Source: Candidatus Eremiobacteria bacterium
Lineage (GTDB): Bacteria > Vulcanimicrobiota > Vulcanimicrobiia > Vulcanimicrobiales > Vulcanimicrobiaceae
Direction of reading: 5' to 3'
DNA: 64,000 nucleotides
Assembly (NCBI GenBank): GCA_963737065.1
Contig: CAVTRC010000001.1
Span: 2,400,001-2,464,000 of the forward strand
Shown here: piece after piece, positions 63,600-64,000 of the stretch
Position numbering within the stretch: position 1 is the stretch's first letter
Layout: the number at the start of each line of letters is the position of its first letter
Made by a program: the position numbers and the translations under genes
The notes under the pieces: model-generated
Seen by the model: the letters and a program-made list of their open reading frames with translations, nothing else
Databases searched by the model: none
Told to the model about the DNA's origin: nothing

Positions 63600-63916
63600 A
63601 GCGACCGACGCGCACACCGCTGATTGTTCGTCTCGTCGGTCGCGTGAGCGCTACGATTGTCGCGTTCGTCGTCTTTGGTCTCGTCGGAGTCCAGTTCGCG
63701 CGCGTCATCGATCAGAACATCGCGCTCGCGCAGGATGTCTCGTCCACGCAACACGACATCAGCGCTCTGCAAGCGCGCAAGCGGTGGCAACTCCACGAAT
63801 TGCAGCGCCTCTCCGATCCCGAAGGTGCGGTTCCCGACATTCACGATCGGTTGCGCCTGGTGCGTCACAATGAAGCGATCATCTTCGTAAGTCCCTCTCC
63901 CTCGTCCGCTCCGTGA
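63596..63916 (+). CDS. Septum formation initiator (FtsB/DivIC-like)
   Basis: Basic N-terminus, one TM, coiled coil, L.DP.......RL.LV...E..I. Confidence 0.7.
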   Translation: MKRPTRTPLIVRLVGRVSATIVAFVVFGLVGVQFARVIDQNIALAQDVSSTQHDISALQARKRWQLHELQRLSDPEGAVPDIHDRLRLVRHNEAIIFVSPSPSSAP

Positions 63917-64000
63917 ACGATCGCATCTTCGGGCTCGTGATCAACGTGAACGCGTACGGTGCCACCGTACGTTTGCAATCGGGTGAATTAGCCAGCGCGC
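63913..64000 (+). CDS. S1 RNA-binding domain-like protein (partial)
   Basis: MNDRIFGLVINVNAYGATVRLQSGELASA matches the S1 pattern G.V..V..YGA.V.L..G. GTGA overlap with the previous gene. Confidence 0.5.
   Translation, partial: MNDRIFGLVINVNAYGATVRLQSGELASA

Overview
High-GC bacterial chromosomal window, mostly housekeeping genes. The gene order resembles Terrabacteria, yet there is an outer-membrane porin; my tentative guess is Candidatus Eremiobacterota/Vulcanimicrobiota, which is not verified. Gene order: end of an NAD kinase, recN, a LigD-type polymerase, a secreted glycoside-hydrolase-like lipoprotein, ligC, pyk, and the rimP-nusA-ylxR-infB-rbfA-nrnA-truB-ribF operon. That operon is interrupted between truB and ribF by a ~4.3 kb island containing an IS3 remnant, an acetyltransferase, an efflux adaptor fragment, an intact IS481 and a decapitated IS110, and it is flanked by copies of a palindromic repeat. 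Further on are an atypical Clp ATPase, an ABC transporter with a lipocalin-like gene, a class I aldolase, a phoB-phoR-pstB-porin cluster with Pho-box-like repeats, tdh-kbl-tdk-ridA, PNGase A-like and AmpC genes, tRNA-fMet, add, a DtxR regulator, a rhomboid, dinG, an S1/P1 nuclease, acs, CIRCE-hrcA-dnaJ-rsmE, accDA and an ftsB-like gene. The most interesting unexplained signals are: (1) a ~300-nt multi-hairpin candidate ncRNA upstream of rimP with its own promoter and terminator; (2) a REP-like repeat family whose 3' end abuts the start codons of rbfA and ribF and supplies their SD; (3) a Clp ATPase with a Zn finger and hydrophobic helix but no M-domain or ClpP loop; (4) structured leaders before infB and a ferredoxin. 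Several single-base frameshifts in homopolymers suggest sequencing or assembly indels. All assignments come from motif recognition by eye; no database searches or folding programs were run.
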